This document shows, piece after piece, positions 14,935 through 27,632 of a DNA stretch of 64,000 nt. The stretch lies in assembly GCA_964016885.1 (NCBI GenBank), contig OZ024744.1:15500001-15564000 (forward strand), given 5' to 3'. The translations under genes and the position numbers were made by a program. The notes below the pieces were generated by a model that saw only the letters and a program-made list of their open reading frames with translations, did no database searches and was not told the origin of the DNA. Position 1 is the stretch's first letter. Every line of letters begins with the position of its first letter. This DNA is from Eledone cirrhosa (lineage: Eukaryota).

Positions 14935-15969
14935 TCTATAAAAGACAGATTGTTGTTGTTGTGTGTGTGTGTGTGCATGTTCCATGTTTATACATTTGCA
15001 CAATTTCAAACCGATTCGACTAAAAGTTTGTAAGAATGTTGTAAATGATCAAACTTAGGTCAACGACTATTTATTTCATTCACACTCACCCACAATTACG
15101 GAAATAATCAATAAAACTAAATACATGACGCTTTACCCCTCTAATACAATCAGAATCCTCTCTCTACTCCCCTTAAAATTCGATAAAACTACATACATGC
15201 TGCAACTTTCTCTTATATACGATTAAACTTACAAACTTTGAGAGAGAGAGAGAGAGAGAGAGTGAGAGGGAGAGAGAGAGAGAACGTTTGTTTTTGAGTG
15301 TGGAACGGTCAAACATTTATTTACTTCAATGACAAAGAGAACTTATTACATTTCATACGAAACAACAATTCTTCAAAAGCAACAGATAAATTTATTCAAC
15401 AACAAAAAAAATAGCGATAAATCTTTTTTAAAACATCTATCAATGAACGTGGAAGAAAGAAGTATCAGTTCATTTACTATACACAATAATATCCTCTATG
15501 AGGTCACTAAACCTGCTAGAAACAGCAACTAACTCTCCCCCATATCACACCACTCCCTACTGTCTTAAATTTAGAAAACATATCCTCTATGAGGTCACTA
15601 AACCTGCTAGAAACAGCAGCTAACTCTCCTCCATATCACATCCCTTCCTACTGTCTTAAATTTAGAAAACACACATTAGACAACCATGCAGAACAACTCC
15701 ATCGCAGCTCTGTTGTTCGGCTGGCATCGTCTACGCGCGTGTTGTGCAAGTACTGTGAAACAATAAATTTCAACACTTCTTTGCACAGAGATAATATCCA
15801 TAGGCGAAACTACAATTGTCACTGCTGGCGCAGCTCCTGCTTCGGCAGTCCAGGTCTGCAATTCATTCACCCAGTGCCTGGCAGACAAAAAAGTGCTGTC
15901 ATAAAATGGGTGGTGCAACCTAACTTTGGTAACTTACTGACCCCGAGCAACGCCGGGCTTTAATGCTAG
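14935..15969 (+). mobile_element. Non-autonomous Helitron-like element
   Basis: 5' A|TC start, 3' subterminal GC hairpin CCCGAGCAACGCCGGG followed by CTAG|T; no TSD. Contains (GA)n and a ~93-bp tandem duplication at ~15490-15675. The 5' boundary is less certain than the 3'. Confidence 0.7.
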
Positions 15970-16671
15970 TATATAATAAGCATATAGAGCCTCAAAATCA
16001 AAGAAACAATAATTTTTTCATAATGAAAAAGTTATTTTTCTCTCTTTTGCTCTGTGAAAACGTCAGACATTTCAGTAGCAGTTGAGAATGCCAGATAGCG
16101 CTATTTCAAGATGTATTAATCTCTCATCAGTGAGATTCCCTCAACCAGTACTGGTATGGAAATGGACTAGAGCCTATATAGATTTAAACATTAGCTGGAG
16201 ATGCTCATCATCATCATCATTTAATGTCTGTTTTTCCCTGTTAACAAGTGCTGGACACATCGTCACAGTACTCAAGCAAGGTCTCTAACCTCCAGTGTGC
16301 TTGGGGCCTGACATACTGCAAACTACTGCAGCCCCAGTGCTAGGGAGATTGTTGTGTCTTTGGCATAGCGAAAGAGTATTTTCAAACCATTGTTTGGTAA
16401 GTTTTCTATAGCTGGATGTCCTTCATATTTATTTAAATACATTCCTTTATAATTTGATGTAATTTATATTACTAAATCCTTCCTTTGGTCTATTTCATTG
16501 TGTTCCTTACCAGCATGTTCACCCTCACCCCTGGGACAGCATAGTTTCTAACCACGCCATTAGTCAATTATAAATAATCTAAGCCAATGAGAACATCTCT
16601 ACATGGTTGCTTGACCTGCTAGAAACAGCTGCTAAATATCTCGAACCATCTTCATAAAAAATGCATACACT

Positions 16672-17385
16672 TGTAACGGAATATTATGTGTGGTTGTAAC
16701 GATAAGTGGATGGATGGATGTAACTGTTGGTATGGTGGTTTCGATGTAAAGAAAAATACCAGGATGTGTTGTTACAAAGTTTATTTTATTACAACAATAT
16801 TCAATTTGAATATTGAATGATAAAATAATTGACACAAAATATTCATACAATAATTTGGTGGCTCTTCGAGCCACGCAAATTCAAGTATCACAGAATACGA
16901 TTATAATTTGTGTAAACAGAAATGAATGGTGCATGTACAAATGCTGGACTCACTATGAATGCGTGTGTGCGGCGTATCAGTATATTTACTTATTTGTATT
17001 GCAGGAGTCAGCGATCAGCCAGGAAGGTGAGAAATAGTGGCAGACTGGTTTTTTGTGACGAGAGCTTGTAAAAAAACGCCTTGTCTTGTCTGTATCCACT
17101 TTTTTTCTATTTTTGGCGTAAACAATCCCTGTCTTTATAAGACTTGAAGTTAGAAGGATATATCCTCTGAACTTTGGTTAGTCTCCCAAGGGATTAGTTT
17201 GCCAAGCGTAAACAAGTCAGAAAGATGGATATATCCTCTGACCTATTTTCTGTCAAGCATAAACACCTCTGACCTGTGTTTAGCCTCTCCCAAGGGGTTA
17301 GTCTCCTGAGCGTAAACAAGTTACCACGGCTTGTCCCAGAGGCGGGAAAGCTCAGATTCGGTTTCGAATCTTCGCCGCCGTTATA
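16672..17385 (-). repeat. 3' LTR (714 bp)
   Basis: Near-identical to 20773-21294; 8-bp terminal inverted repeat. Confidence 0.92.
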
Positions 17386-17762
17386 GTACCCCCCTTCCAG
17401 TGAGAAAGCTAAGATTGAACGATCTAGGTGCATGTGAAATGAAGATAGGTATGACTAGGTGTGTTGTTGAAGAAAATCAGTAAAAATAAAAAAACACATG
17501 AAAGTCATTTACAAACAGGAGACATGAAAGAAAACATGCAAAGCAAAAGAAATTTACATGCAGGAAAATGTACTGTGATGTTACATAAAATTGAAAATGT
17601 TCGTACGAAAAGTTTGTTGATTAAAAGTTTGTTCATTTCATAGAAACGGAAAAATGTTCTTTTGTCTGTTCTTTTGATGTGGGTGATGCACAGAGTTAAT
17701 TGATTTGTGTGTAGCAATAGTTCATGACCACAGAAATTGGCCGATTCGTTGAAATGTACAAA

Positions 17763-20740
17763 TTAGCCGAAATGTCGACCAGATGCATAATTTGTACTTA
17801 GCCGATAAACTTGTACGTATCGCGTGGGCCATCGGACTGTTCTTCCGGATTTGGTGTGTCGGGGTTGTGCAGAATTTGTCATGTTTGTGTCGGACAAAGT
17901 TGTTGGTGAGTCTGCTGGAGAAACGGTGGGTACTGGTAGCAATTCCTGTTCTATGAATGCTTTTTTTAAACGATCAATGGAGACGGTATTTCGTTTCCCG
18001 TTCAAGTCGAGGACGAAATACTTAGGGCATTTCTGTATCACCTTATAGGACCTGGAATACGGTGGATGAAGTTGCGATGGAATACCATCATTTCTAACGA
18101 AAACATGCATCCATGTATCAATGTCTTTTGGTATGTGTGAAGTAACGTGCTGTTGTTTAGGGGCTGAAGGAGACAGATGCGACATCGATGACCGTAAACG
18201 GTGCACATATTTTGTAGGGTCTGGAAGTTCTTGTGGTGAAACAGGAGCAATCATTTGTCCGGGTAGAGTGAGTACGGTGCCATATACCATTTCAGCCGGA
18301 GAATGTCCGACTCCCTCCTTAACAGTGGAATGAATACCAAGAAGAATGGGTGGGAGGTATTCGAACCAGTTAGTGGAGTTTTCGTAAGCCTTGATAGATG
18401 ATTTTAGCTGGTGGTGTAAGCGTTCTACCATGCCGTTAGCGGCAGGGTGATACGCTGTTATACGGATGTGTTTACACCCGAGGAGACGAGTCAGCTCGGT
18501 AAATAGGTGCGAATCAAACTGACGTCCTCTATCCATAGTGATGGTCGTGGGTGTGCCGAAACGCGAAACCCAGTGAAACACTAACGTTTTGGTGACAGTT
18601 TCCGCAGTAATATCCGTCAGGGGAAAAGCTTCTGGCCAGCGAGAAAATCGGTCGACAGAGGTGAGAAGATGAGTGTAGTTGTGAGAAGGAGGCAAAGGTC
18701 CAACAATGTCTATATGCACATGTTGGAACCGTGCATCAGGTGTTGCGAAAGAACCGATCGGAGCTTTGATGTGCCGGTGAATTTTCGCCTTCTGGCACGC
18801 GATGCAGTTCCTAGCCCATTCGCAGGTGTCCTTGTTGATGTTGGGCCACACAAAGTGGGCAACCATCAGTTTCTGCGTGGCGCAGAGCCAGGATGTGCCA
18901 GAGAATGCAGTGCCGAGAAAACGTCGCGTCGATGTTTCCGAGGCACGTATGGGCGCTCGTGGCCTGTGGAGATGTCGCACCAAATATAACCCGAAGAAGA
19001 GGGCAGCGGGCATTCCTTCAATTTCAAGGATGATTTCCGGAGTTGCAGTAGTTCCTCGTCATTCTGTTGATCCGCTGCAATCCTCTGGAGGTCGATGGTG
19101 GCAGTGGTGTGAATTGCGTTAAGTTCCATGCACGATAGGGCATCAGCTGCTGAGTTGGTGGCACCCTTAATGTACTGAATATCAGTAGTGTACTGAGAAA
19201 TGAAGTCCAGATATCGGACCTCCCTGGGTGAGTGTCGGTCAGGCTTGGCATTGAACGCGTACACTAGTGGTTTGTGGTCGGTTTATATAGAGAACACACA
19301 ACCTTCTAGCATGTGTCGAAAATGCTTGGCAGCAAGGTATGCTGCCAATAATTCACGACTGAATGTGCTGTACTTAGTTTCGGCGGGTTTTAATCGCTTA
19401 GAGAAAAAAGATACAGGTCGCCAAATATCGCCAGAGAGTTGTTGAAGCACACCTCCAACTCCGAAATCGGATGCATCAGTCAATAAACACATTGGGGCGT
19501 CAGGTTTGGGGTAACTCAGCATTGTAGCCTCGGACAACATTTTCTTCAACTCAGCGAAAGCGGTACATTCTTTTTCGCTGAGCTTGATGTTTGCGTTTTT
19601 GGTTGTACGCTGCCGCAGCAAATCTGTGAGCAGTTGGGCTGTCTCTGCACAGTGGGGTATAAATCTTCTGTAGAAGTTTACCAGGCCAAGAAATTCTCGC
19701 AGTTTGCGGAGAGATGTAGCTTGTGGAAAATCAATGATGGATTTGACTTTCTCCTTAAGTGGGCGAATACCATCTTTGTCAATGATGTGTCCCAGAAAAT
19801 GAAGGGATGCAACTCCGAACTCACATTTGTTGGGGTTGATAACGATTTCGTATTCACGCAAACATGTGAATAGGAGATCCAGGTGTTTCTCATGTTCTTC
19901 ATCGGAGCTGCTGGCCACCAGTAAGTCGTCAATGTATGCGTATACAAAAGGTAGACCTCTGGTGACTGTATCGATAAATCGCTGGAATGTCTGCGCTGCA
20001 TTTCGCAAACCGAAAAGCATACGCAGAAATTCGAACATTCCAAAGGGTGTTGTGACTGCGGTCTTTGGAATATCTGCGGGCTCAACGGGTATCTGAGTGT
20101 AAGCTCGCACAAGATCGATCTTCGAAAATATGCGAGCCCCGTGCAGCGAGCTAGAGAGGTCCTGTAGATGAGGCACTGGATAAGAGTCAGGAACGGTGCA
20201 GTTGTTTAGTGCACGGTAGTCGCCACAGATTCGCCAGTCGTTCGACGACTTCTTGGGTACACAGTGTATGGGTGAGGACCAGTTGATGCTGGACGGACAT
20301 ATGATGCCGAGATCCAGCATGTGTTGAAATTCTTGTTTGACGGACTTCAGCCAGTCTGGTGGTAGCCTTCTAGGTCGTGCAGCAACAGGTGGGCCGTGAG
20401 TTTTTATGTGGTGTGTGACATCATGTTTTACAGGGCAAGCGTTGAATAGTGGTCGAGCTACGTCTGGGTATTTGTTGATGATGTGGTTGTGCTGGGTTGT
20501 TGTTGTCGATCGTGAAATGACTGGACTGACTGTGGCTGTCCTAGCGGCTATGCCGCGCACAGCGAGACCAGTGGAGTTGTCAACGAGTCGTTGGTTTTTC
20601 AGATCAACTAGAAGCGAGAAGTGCTGAAGAAAATCAGCTCCTAAAATAGGGGTCGGCAGTTTAGCCACAACGAATACCCACTGGAAAGTGCGGCGTAGTC
20701 CCAAATTTAGTGTCAGGGACTGTTCTCCGTAGGTCGGAAT
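17763..20740 (-). pseudogene. gypsy pol (protease C-terminus, RT, RNase H, integrase), disrupted
   Basis: [37 protein letters not shown] remnant, HIDIVGP/MDRGRQF/NGMVER; stop at ~19283 and frameshifts. Confidence 0.93.
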
Positions 20741-20772
20741 ATGTATGTGATTCACAATTTCAGGCCTTGTCA

Positions 20773-21294
20773 CTTCGAGCCACGTAAATTCAAGTATCAC
20801 AGAATACGATTATAATATGTGTAAACAGAAATGAATGGTGTGTGTACAAATGCTGGACTCACTATGAATGCGTGTGTGCGGCGTATCAGTATATTTACTT
20901 ATTTGTATTGCAGGAGTCAGCGATCAGCCAGGAAGGTGAGAAATAGTGGCAGACTGGTTTTTCGTGACGAGAGCTTGTAAAAAAACGCCTTGTCTTGTCT
21001 GTATCCACTTCTTTTCTATTTTTGGCGTAAACAATCCCTGTCTTTATAAGACTTGAAGTTAGAAGGATATATCCTCTGAACTTTGGTTAATCTCCCAAGG
21101 GATTAGTTTGCCAAGCGTAAACAAGTCAGAAAGATGGATATATCCTCTGACCTATTTTCTGTCAAGCATAAACACCTCTGACCTGTGTTTAGCCTCTCCC
21201 AAGGGGTTAGTCTCCTGAGCGTAAACAAGTTACCACGGCTTGTCCCAAAGGCGGGAAAGCTCAGATTCGGTTTCGAATCTTCGCCGCCGTTATA
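20773..21294 (-). repeat. 5' LTR, truncated at its inner (U5) end
   Basis: Matches 16864-17385; lacks the part equivalent to 16672-16863. Confidence 0.9.
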
Positions 21295-21397
21295 CACTAT
21301 TTAATTAAGTTTGGTGTACATAATGATGATGATGATGTCTTGAAACAGAAGGGATGGTCATGGCTGGAACGTTTAATCTGTTCATATGTTTGCTCAA

Positions 21398-21730
21398 AAC
21401 AACAAAAACAACAACAACAACAACAGCAGGACCAGCAACAACAACATCAACAACAACTGCCACAACACAACAATAACAACAACAACAATGGCAACAAAAC
21501 AACAGCGACAACAATATCATGATCTACAAAAGCAGCAATAACAACAACAGCAGCAACAAAAACAACAGCAACAACAACAGCAATAATAACAACAACAGCA
21601 ATAACAACATCAACAATAACAAGAACAGCAACAACAGTAACAGCAACAATAACATGATCTACAAAAGCAGGTATAACAACATCAACAACAGCAAAGTAAC
21701 AATACCTATAACAACCACAATAACAACAAT
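21398..21730. repeat. (CAA/CAG/AAT)n compound microsatellite
   Basis: Direct inspection. Confidence 0.9.
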
Positions 21731-21742
21731 TGCCATACTTAC

Positions 21743-21837
21743 AACATCTGATGGCTTAGTCTTTGCCCAAGTGAGAACAGTTGAAATAAGCACAAACATC
21801 TTTGGTTTAACAATCTTCTCCAGATCTGCCTGCAGTT
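21743..21837 (-). CDS. AK7: Single 95-bp internal coding exon of an adenylate kinase 7-like gene
   Basis: Translates (E)LQADLEKIVKPKMFVLISTVLTWAKTKPSDV, resembling the recalled vertebrate AK7 N-terminal segment LFILLSTVMTWARSK; acceptor TTGTATGTTAAAAG and donor GTAAGT; phase 1 in, phase 0 out; no stops. Identification is from memory, not from a search. Confidence 0.8.
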
Positions 21838-22009
21838 CTTTTAACATACAAAATACAATTACAAAAATAAAACTCAAAAATATAATTTATTTGTTTAATG
21901 TTTTGCAGTTAATTAACTCATTAGACTGTGTAATTGGTTGAGTATGTGTGTGTGACATCCGAACAGGTATCCTCCACCTCCAACTAATTTGCCCTTCGCC
22001 CCTGGGGAC

Positions 22010-22255
22010 CAGCAGCCATCAGGATGAAAAAGATATTGCATGAGAGGACAGCGAGGGAGATGTGTTGGAACAACCACTCCTCCTCGTGGGGCTCACACAT
22101 GCAGGCAGCCAATTCTGCAATGTGTAGAGATGTTGGCCGGGGACCAACAACACAGGAAGTCTCCACTGCTACAGACTCTACCACAAACATATCAGAGGAG
22201 TAGGGATGTGGTCTGGGGGAGTCCAAGAATGTTGGCAGTCTCTGCTATCACCAAC
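22010..22255 (-). mobile_element. Decayed C-terminal fragment of an RLE-type (CRE-like) non-LTR element
   Basis: SVAVETSCVVGP...WLFQHISLAVLSCN resembles the VAVET.G.WG...QRISLAVQRGN restriction-like endonuclease tail. Confidence 0.5.
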
Positions 22256-22354
22256 TAATCATTGTTATTCAGGTCATGCTGGAGTACTACATATATGAAG
22301 ATAACACAATAGTTTGTACATTTAATAATAGAGAGCCTTTAGCTATTAAATAAC

Positions 22355-23253
22355 AGATGTCTGAGGTAGGAAATATAGAAGGATGAGGTAGGAAATATCG
22401 ATGTCTGAGGTATCAAATATAGATGTCTGAGGTAGGAAATATAGATGTCTGAGGGAGGAAATATAGAAGGATGAGGTAGGAAATATAGATGTCTGAGGTA
22501 TCAAATATAGATGTCTGAGGAAGGAAATATAGATGTCTGAGCTAGCAAATATAGATGTCTGAGGTAGGAAATATAGATGTCTGAGGTAGGAAATATAGAG
22601 GATGTCTGAGGTAGGAAATATAGAAGGATGAGGTAGGAAATAAAGATGTCTGAGGTAGAAATATAGATGTCTGAGGTAGGAAATATAGAGGATGTCTGAG
22701 GTGGGAAATATAGAAGGATGAGGTAGGAAATAAAGATGTCTGAGGTAGAAATATAGATGTCTGAGGTAGGAAATATAGAAGGATGAGGTAGGAAATATAG
22801 ATGTCTGAGGTAGGAAATATAGATGTCTGAGGTAGGAAATATAGATGTCTGAGGTAGGAAATATAGATGTTTGAGGTAGGAAATATAGATGTCTGAGGTA
22901 GAAATATAGATGTCTGAGGTAGGAAATATAGATGTCTGAGGTAGGAAATATAGATGTCTGAGGTAGGAAATATAGATGTCTGAGGTAGAAATATAGATGT
23001 CTGAGGTAGGTAATAAAGATGTTTGAGTTAGGAAATATAGATGTCTATGGTAGGAAATATGGATGTCTGAGGTAGGAAATATAGATGTCTGAGGTAGGAA
23101 ATATAGATGTCTGAGGCAGGAAATATAGATGTCTGAGGTAGGAAATATAGATGTCTGAGGTAGGAAATATAGAGGATGTCTGAGGTAGGAAATATAGAGG
23201 ATGTCTGAGGTAGGAAATATAGATGTCTGAGGTAGGAAATATGGAGGATGTCT
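22355..23253. repeat. 22-bp minisatellite GAAATATAGATGTCTGAGGTAG, ~40 copies
   Basis: Direct tandem repetition with 21/22/25-bp variants. Confidence 0.97.
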
Positions 23254-23550
23254 GTGTTCTAGTATAGACATTTAGTTTCTAATTAACTTTGTTTTAAGGA
23301 GTTTATTAGATACAAGGTTGATATTCAAGGGTCTTATCCACTGAGTGTTCTATTTATTGTTGGCTTGTTTTCAGAGTGTATTATTTACATAGGGGAAAAA
23401 ACATTGATTACTTTGTGTTCTAGGTGTATCTATAGTCAGATGTAGGTGTGACAGTCCTATTTACATAGAGGGACATACAGTGATTACTTTGTGTTCTAGG
23501 TGTATCTATGAGCAAATTTAGGAATTTGATGGTCCTATTTGCTGAATTAC

Positions 23551-26500
23551 ATCATCATCATCATCATCATCATCATTTTACGTCCGCTTTTCCCTGCTTG
23601 CAAGGGTGGGACGGGTCTTATTCAGCACAGCATCTCTCCACTCGTCACGGTCCCTCGTCATCTCCACCGTGAGCTTCAATGATCTGAGGTCTGCTCTCAC
23701 CACCTCCGCCCATGTTTTTCGTGGTCTACCTCTACCACGTCTTCCTTCAACTGGCAATTCCTGGCACTTCTTCACCCATCGGTCATCCTCCATGCGCATC
23801 ACATGTCCATACCACCTCAGTCTTCTCTCCCGTACACTACATTCTATCCCTCTCAGACACAGTTTCTCTCTCAACACATTTATGCTGGGTCGTTCATGCA
23901 CATTTACACTGCACATCCAACGGAGCATGCTTTCCTCATTTCTCTCCAGCCGTCGCATATCCTCTGCAGTTGCTGCCCATGTCTCACTACCATGCAGCAT
24001 CGCGCTTCTCACACAGGCATGATACAACCGGCCTTTCGTACGCAGGGAGAAACCCTTCTTCGTCAACAGAGGAAGCAGCTCCCTAAACTTCTTCCAACCC
24101 GTCCTTATTCTCGACACTATGGCCTCAGAACACCCTCCTCCCATGCTAATCTGATCTCCTAGGTACCGGAAGCTATCCACCACTTCTATAGCGCCCTCCT
24201 GCATTTGAAAAATGTGTCTATCAATGCGACTTCTACTGTCTAATTTCCCTGTACATCTACTGCATACATATTTCTCTCTACCTGTTAGTTTGCCTGCTAT
24301 CCCGCTACATCTCTTGTGTGCATTTTATAGAATTTATGCCAGTTCCTTTTCTGCATATCGAACATGGCCAGTTCCCTGACGGAATCAGGGTTTTGTCCTC
24401 TTTTCTACTCATCAACACTTTTGTCTTAGCTAGATTCACTCTCAGTCCTCTTGCTTCCAACTGCTGTTTCCATAGCCAGAATTTATTCTCTAGCTCCTCT
24501 ACTGATTCTGCTATAAGAACCAGATCGTCAGCATAGAGAAGTTCCCATGGACAGCCAGTCTTAAACTCCTCTGTTATGGTTTGGAGGACTATAATGAACA
24601 AGAGCGGGCTGAGGACCGAACCCTGATGTACTCCTACTTGTATCTGGAATTCCTCACTAAACTCCATTCCTACCCTGACTTTACTGAGAGTACCTCTGTA
24701 CAAAGTTTGCACTGTCCTCACAAGCCATTCCTCAACACCTAGCTTCCTTAGGGACCACCAGATGACAGATCGGGGTATCCTATCAAAGGCCTTCTCTAGG
24801 TCAACAAAGGCTAAGTATAGTGGCTTATTCTTCTCTAAGAACCTCTCTTGCAATTGTCTCACCAAGAAGAGGGTATCTGTTGTACTCTTCCCAGGCACAA
24901 AACCAAACTGCATCTCATCTAGTTTGACCCTTTCTCTAATTAGTTGCGCTAAAATCCTTTCTGCCACTTTCATAACCTGATCTATCAGTTTTATACCCCT
25001 ATAATTGCTCCTCTCCAAAGCATCCCCTTTACCTTTGTAGCAATTTATGAGAATACTGCTGCACCAGTCTTTGGGTATGACACCACCATATATAGCCTGA
25101 TTGATGATGCGTGCAACCAGTTTAGTGCCTACGTCCCCTGATGCCTTCAGCATCTCAGCAACTATTCCCAATGGTCCGGCAGCCTTACCATTTTTCATTT
25201 CCCTAATCGCCTCTTGGACCCTATATTTGTCAATCTCAATAGCTGGTGCCTCTGTCGGATCTACCAAGGGTAATTTCTCTCTCTCCCATTCGTTCTCCAC
25301 ATTCATCATTCTCTCATAATGACATTTCCAGGCCTCCTTTTTCTGATCATTCGTGACACTAAGTACAACGGCATCATCCCGGACACATTTATCTCCAACA
25401 ATATCCTGATTTGCATTGACACACTGCCTTGCAATGTGGAACACTGCACGCCTCTGATCTTCCCGTCACAGAACATTGGCAAACCTCCTACTCTCTGCCT
25501 CCCTGCGTGCTAGGTACACCTGACGTCTAGCTTCTCTCTTAGTGGCTGTATATTCTTCCCTACTCCCACCCTTTTTCCAAGCCTTCCATGCTAGTCTTTT
25601 GTCTCTAATAGCCTTATCTACTGTGCTGTTCCACCACCAGGTCACTCTCTGTCTGGTTGGAGCTCTGCTCCAGCCACAGGTTTCATCAGTAGCCTGCAGC
25701 AAGTTGTCCCGTAAGAAATTCCAGTAAGAAATTCCCGTAAGAAATTCCAGTTATTATCTATGTCATACGTCTCTAAATCGTCTTCTTTTTTGTCATATAC
25801 ATCTTGAAGGGCTTTCCTAAATTTGTGAAAGGTCTTTTAGCTTCCAGACCTTTCTTCTCCACACCTTCCTGTATGTCTCATTCCATCTCTTGCTTACTGA
25901 GATATCACTAACAACTAACCTATACTGTGGGGTACATTCTTCCCCAGGGTATGCCTTGGTATTAGACACTATCTGCCTGTCCCGCTGCCTAACTAGTAAG
26001 AAGTCAATCTGGCTTATGTGCTCACCAGATTTGTAGGTTATTATTTGTAGGTTATTAGGTGATTGGCAGGTTTCTGTTGCAAATAGTCAATGTACCCGCA
26101 TCACAAAATTCAAGAAGTCTCACTCCTTCTTCATTTCTTGAACCGTAACCGTGCCCACCATGTACCCCAGTGTAACCATCCAGGAGCTGTCCAACATGAC
26201 CATTGAAGTCTCCTGCTAGCATAATGATGTCTCCGTCCTCTGTCATTGCGGTTGTTTGCAAAAGTTGCTCATAAAAGCAGTCTTTCTCATCTTTGCCTAG
26301 GCCTGCTTGGGGAGCATAGGCCGAGATGATTGTCAGTAGTCTCCTACCTACAATTAATCTAAGCTTAATTATTCGATTACTAACTCGAACTACCTCTATT
26401 GTCTTATTGATCCATTTCTCAGCCAGGAAAATGCCTACTCCCCCTAGCCCATCATCCTTACCTACCCAGAATAGCTTATAGCTAAGACGCTTGCCTACGA

Positions 26501-26840
26501 CTAGTCTCGCAGAGGCACCTCTCCATCTCACCTCTTGCACGCAGCACACATCCACCTGCCTTCTCTCCAGCATCTCCGCTATTTCAGCAGATCTACCTCT
26601 GAGAGTGCCAACATTAAGTGTTGCAACTCTGAGATGCGACGTCTTCATATTTTGTTGTTCCTATTTGTTGCTGTGCTGATAAGCGTTTTGGCATTGATAC
26701 ACTGGTTGGATGCCCTTCCTAACACCAACGCCACTTTACAGCATGGACTGGGTGCTTTTATTTGTGCCACCAGCACTAGAGAGGATGTCTTACTAGACTC
26801 AAGGGCCCTCTCTACCCCTCCATTTTACAGCATGGTCATT
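23551..26840 (-). mobile_element. RTE LINE (second subfamily, B), near full-length ORF, disrupted
   Basis: ORFs 26055-26648 (APE), 24305-25444 (RT: DLEKAFD, QGSVLSP, YADD), 23578-24204; short 3' UTR and (GAT)n tail; 5' UTR homologous to 51530-51650. Confidence 0.96.
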
Positions 26841-27139
26841 AAAAAAAAAAAAAAAAAATTATTGACACGACGCACACACTCACACACCAACACTCATGCA
26901 TACAAACCACAACCACACACACGCCACTCACATACCAACACTCATTCATGCATACAATCACACACACCACTCACAAACACACATATATATATATATATAT
27001 TACCGACAGTACTGATACAAATACAAAATCAAAATCAAAATCATCAAAATCAAAATCAATATCATGTCAACTGTTGACCTTTCCCAGTCCAGTTCAGCTT
27101 GTATATAGTAATAATAATAATTGTTTGCTTTACGCTGGT

Positions 27140-27512
27140 AATGGCGTTGGTGGTGGTGAATGGTGGTGGATGGTGTCAGTGTGGTGGTGGTGGTGAATGG
27201 TGGTGGATGGTGTCAGTGTGGTGGTGGTGGATGATGTCAGTGTGGTGGTGGTGGATGGTCAGTGATGGTGGTGGCAGTTGTTGGTGCTGTTGTTGTTATT
27301 GTAGTTGCTGTTGCTGTTGTTGTTGCTGTTGTCGCTGTTGTTGTTGTTCTTCATTTCACTGCTGCTGTTGCTGCCGACAATGGTGTTGATGCTGTTATTG
27401 CTGTCGCATATATACAAATACATACATACACACACATTCAACACAGACAATGGTGTTGTTGCCGTTGTTGTTGTTGGTGTTGCTGCTGTTGTTGTTGTAG
27501 TTGTTGCTGTGT
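27140..27512. repeat. (TGG)n/(TTG/CTG)n compound microsatellite
   Basis: Direct inspection. Confidence 0.85.
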
Positions 27513-27632
27513 TGAAATCTGGTCGCATCCACATATATATACATATATATATAAATATAAAGAATACAGAATGGGGTCGTACCAACTGAGTGGTGTAGCA
27601 GCAGCATCATTAACTGTTACAAGGGCAACGGG

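Larger units (their letters stand above)
16672..21294 (-). mobile_element. Ty3/gypsy LTR retrotransposon lacking gag, PBS and the N-terminal protease
   Basis: LTRs at 16672-17385 and 20773-21294 (partial); termini TGTAACGG...CCGTTATA; 4-bp TSD CACT (16668-16671 / 21295-21298); polypurine tract at ~17389-17398; PR-RT-RH-IN order. Confidence 0.95.

Noticed and set aside
21305-21941. Poly-N/Q/V ORFs
   Set aside because: Microsatellite translations; only 21743-21837 has exon features.
22501-23271. 256-aa repetitive ORF
   Set aside because: Translation of the 22-bp minisatellite.
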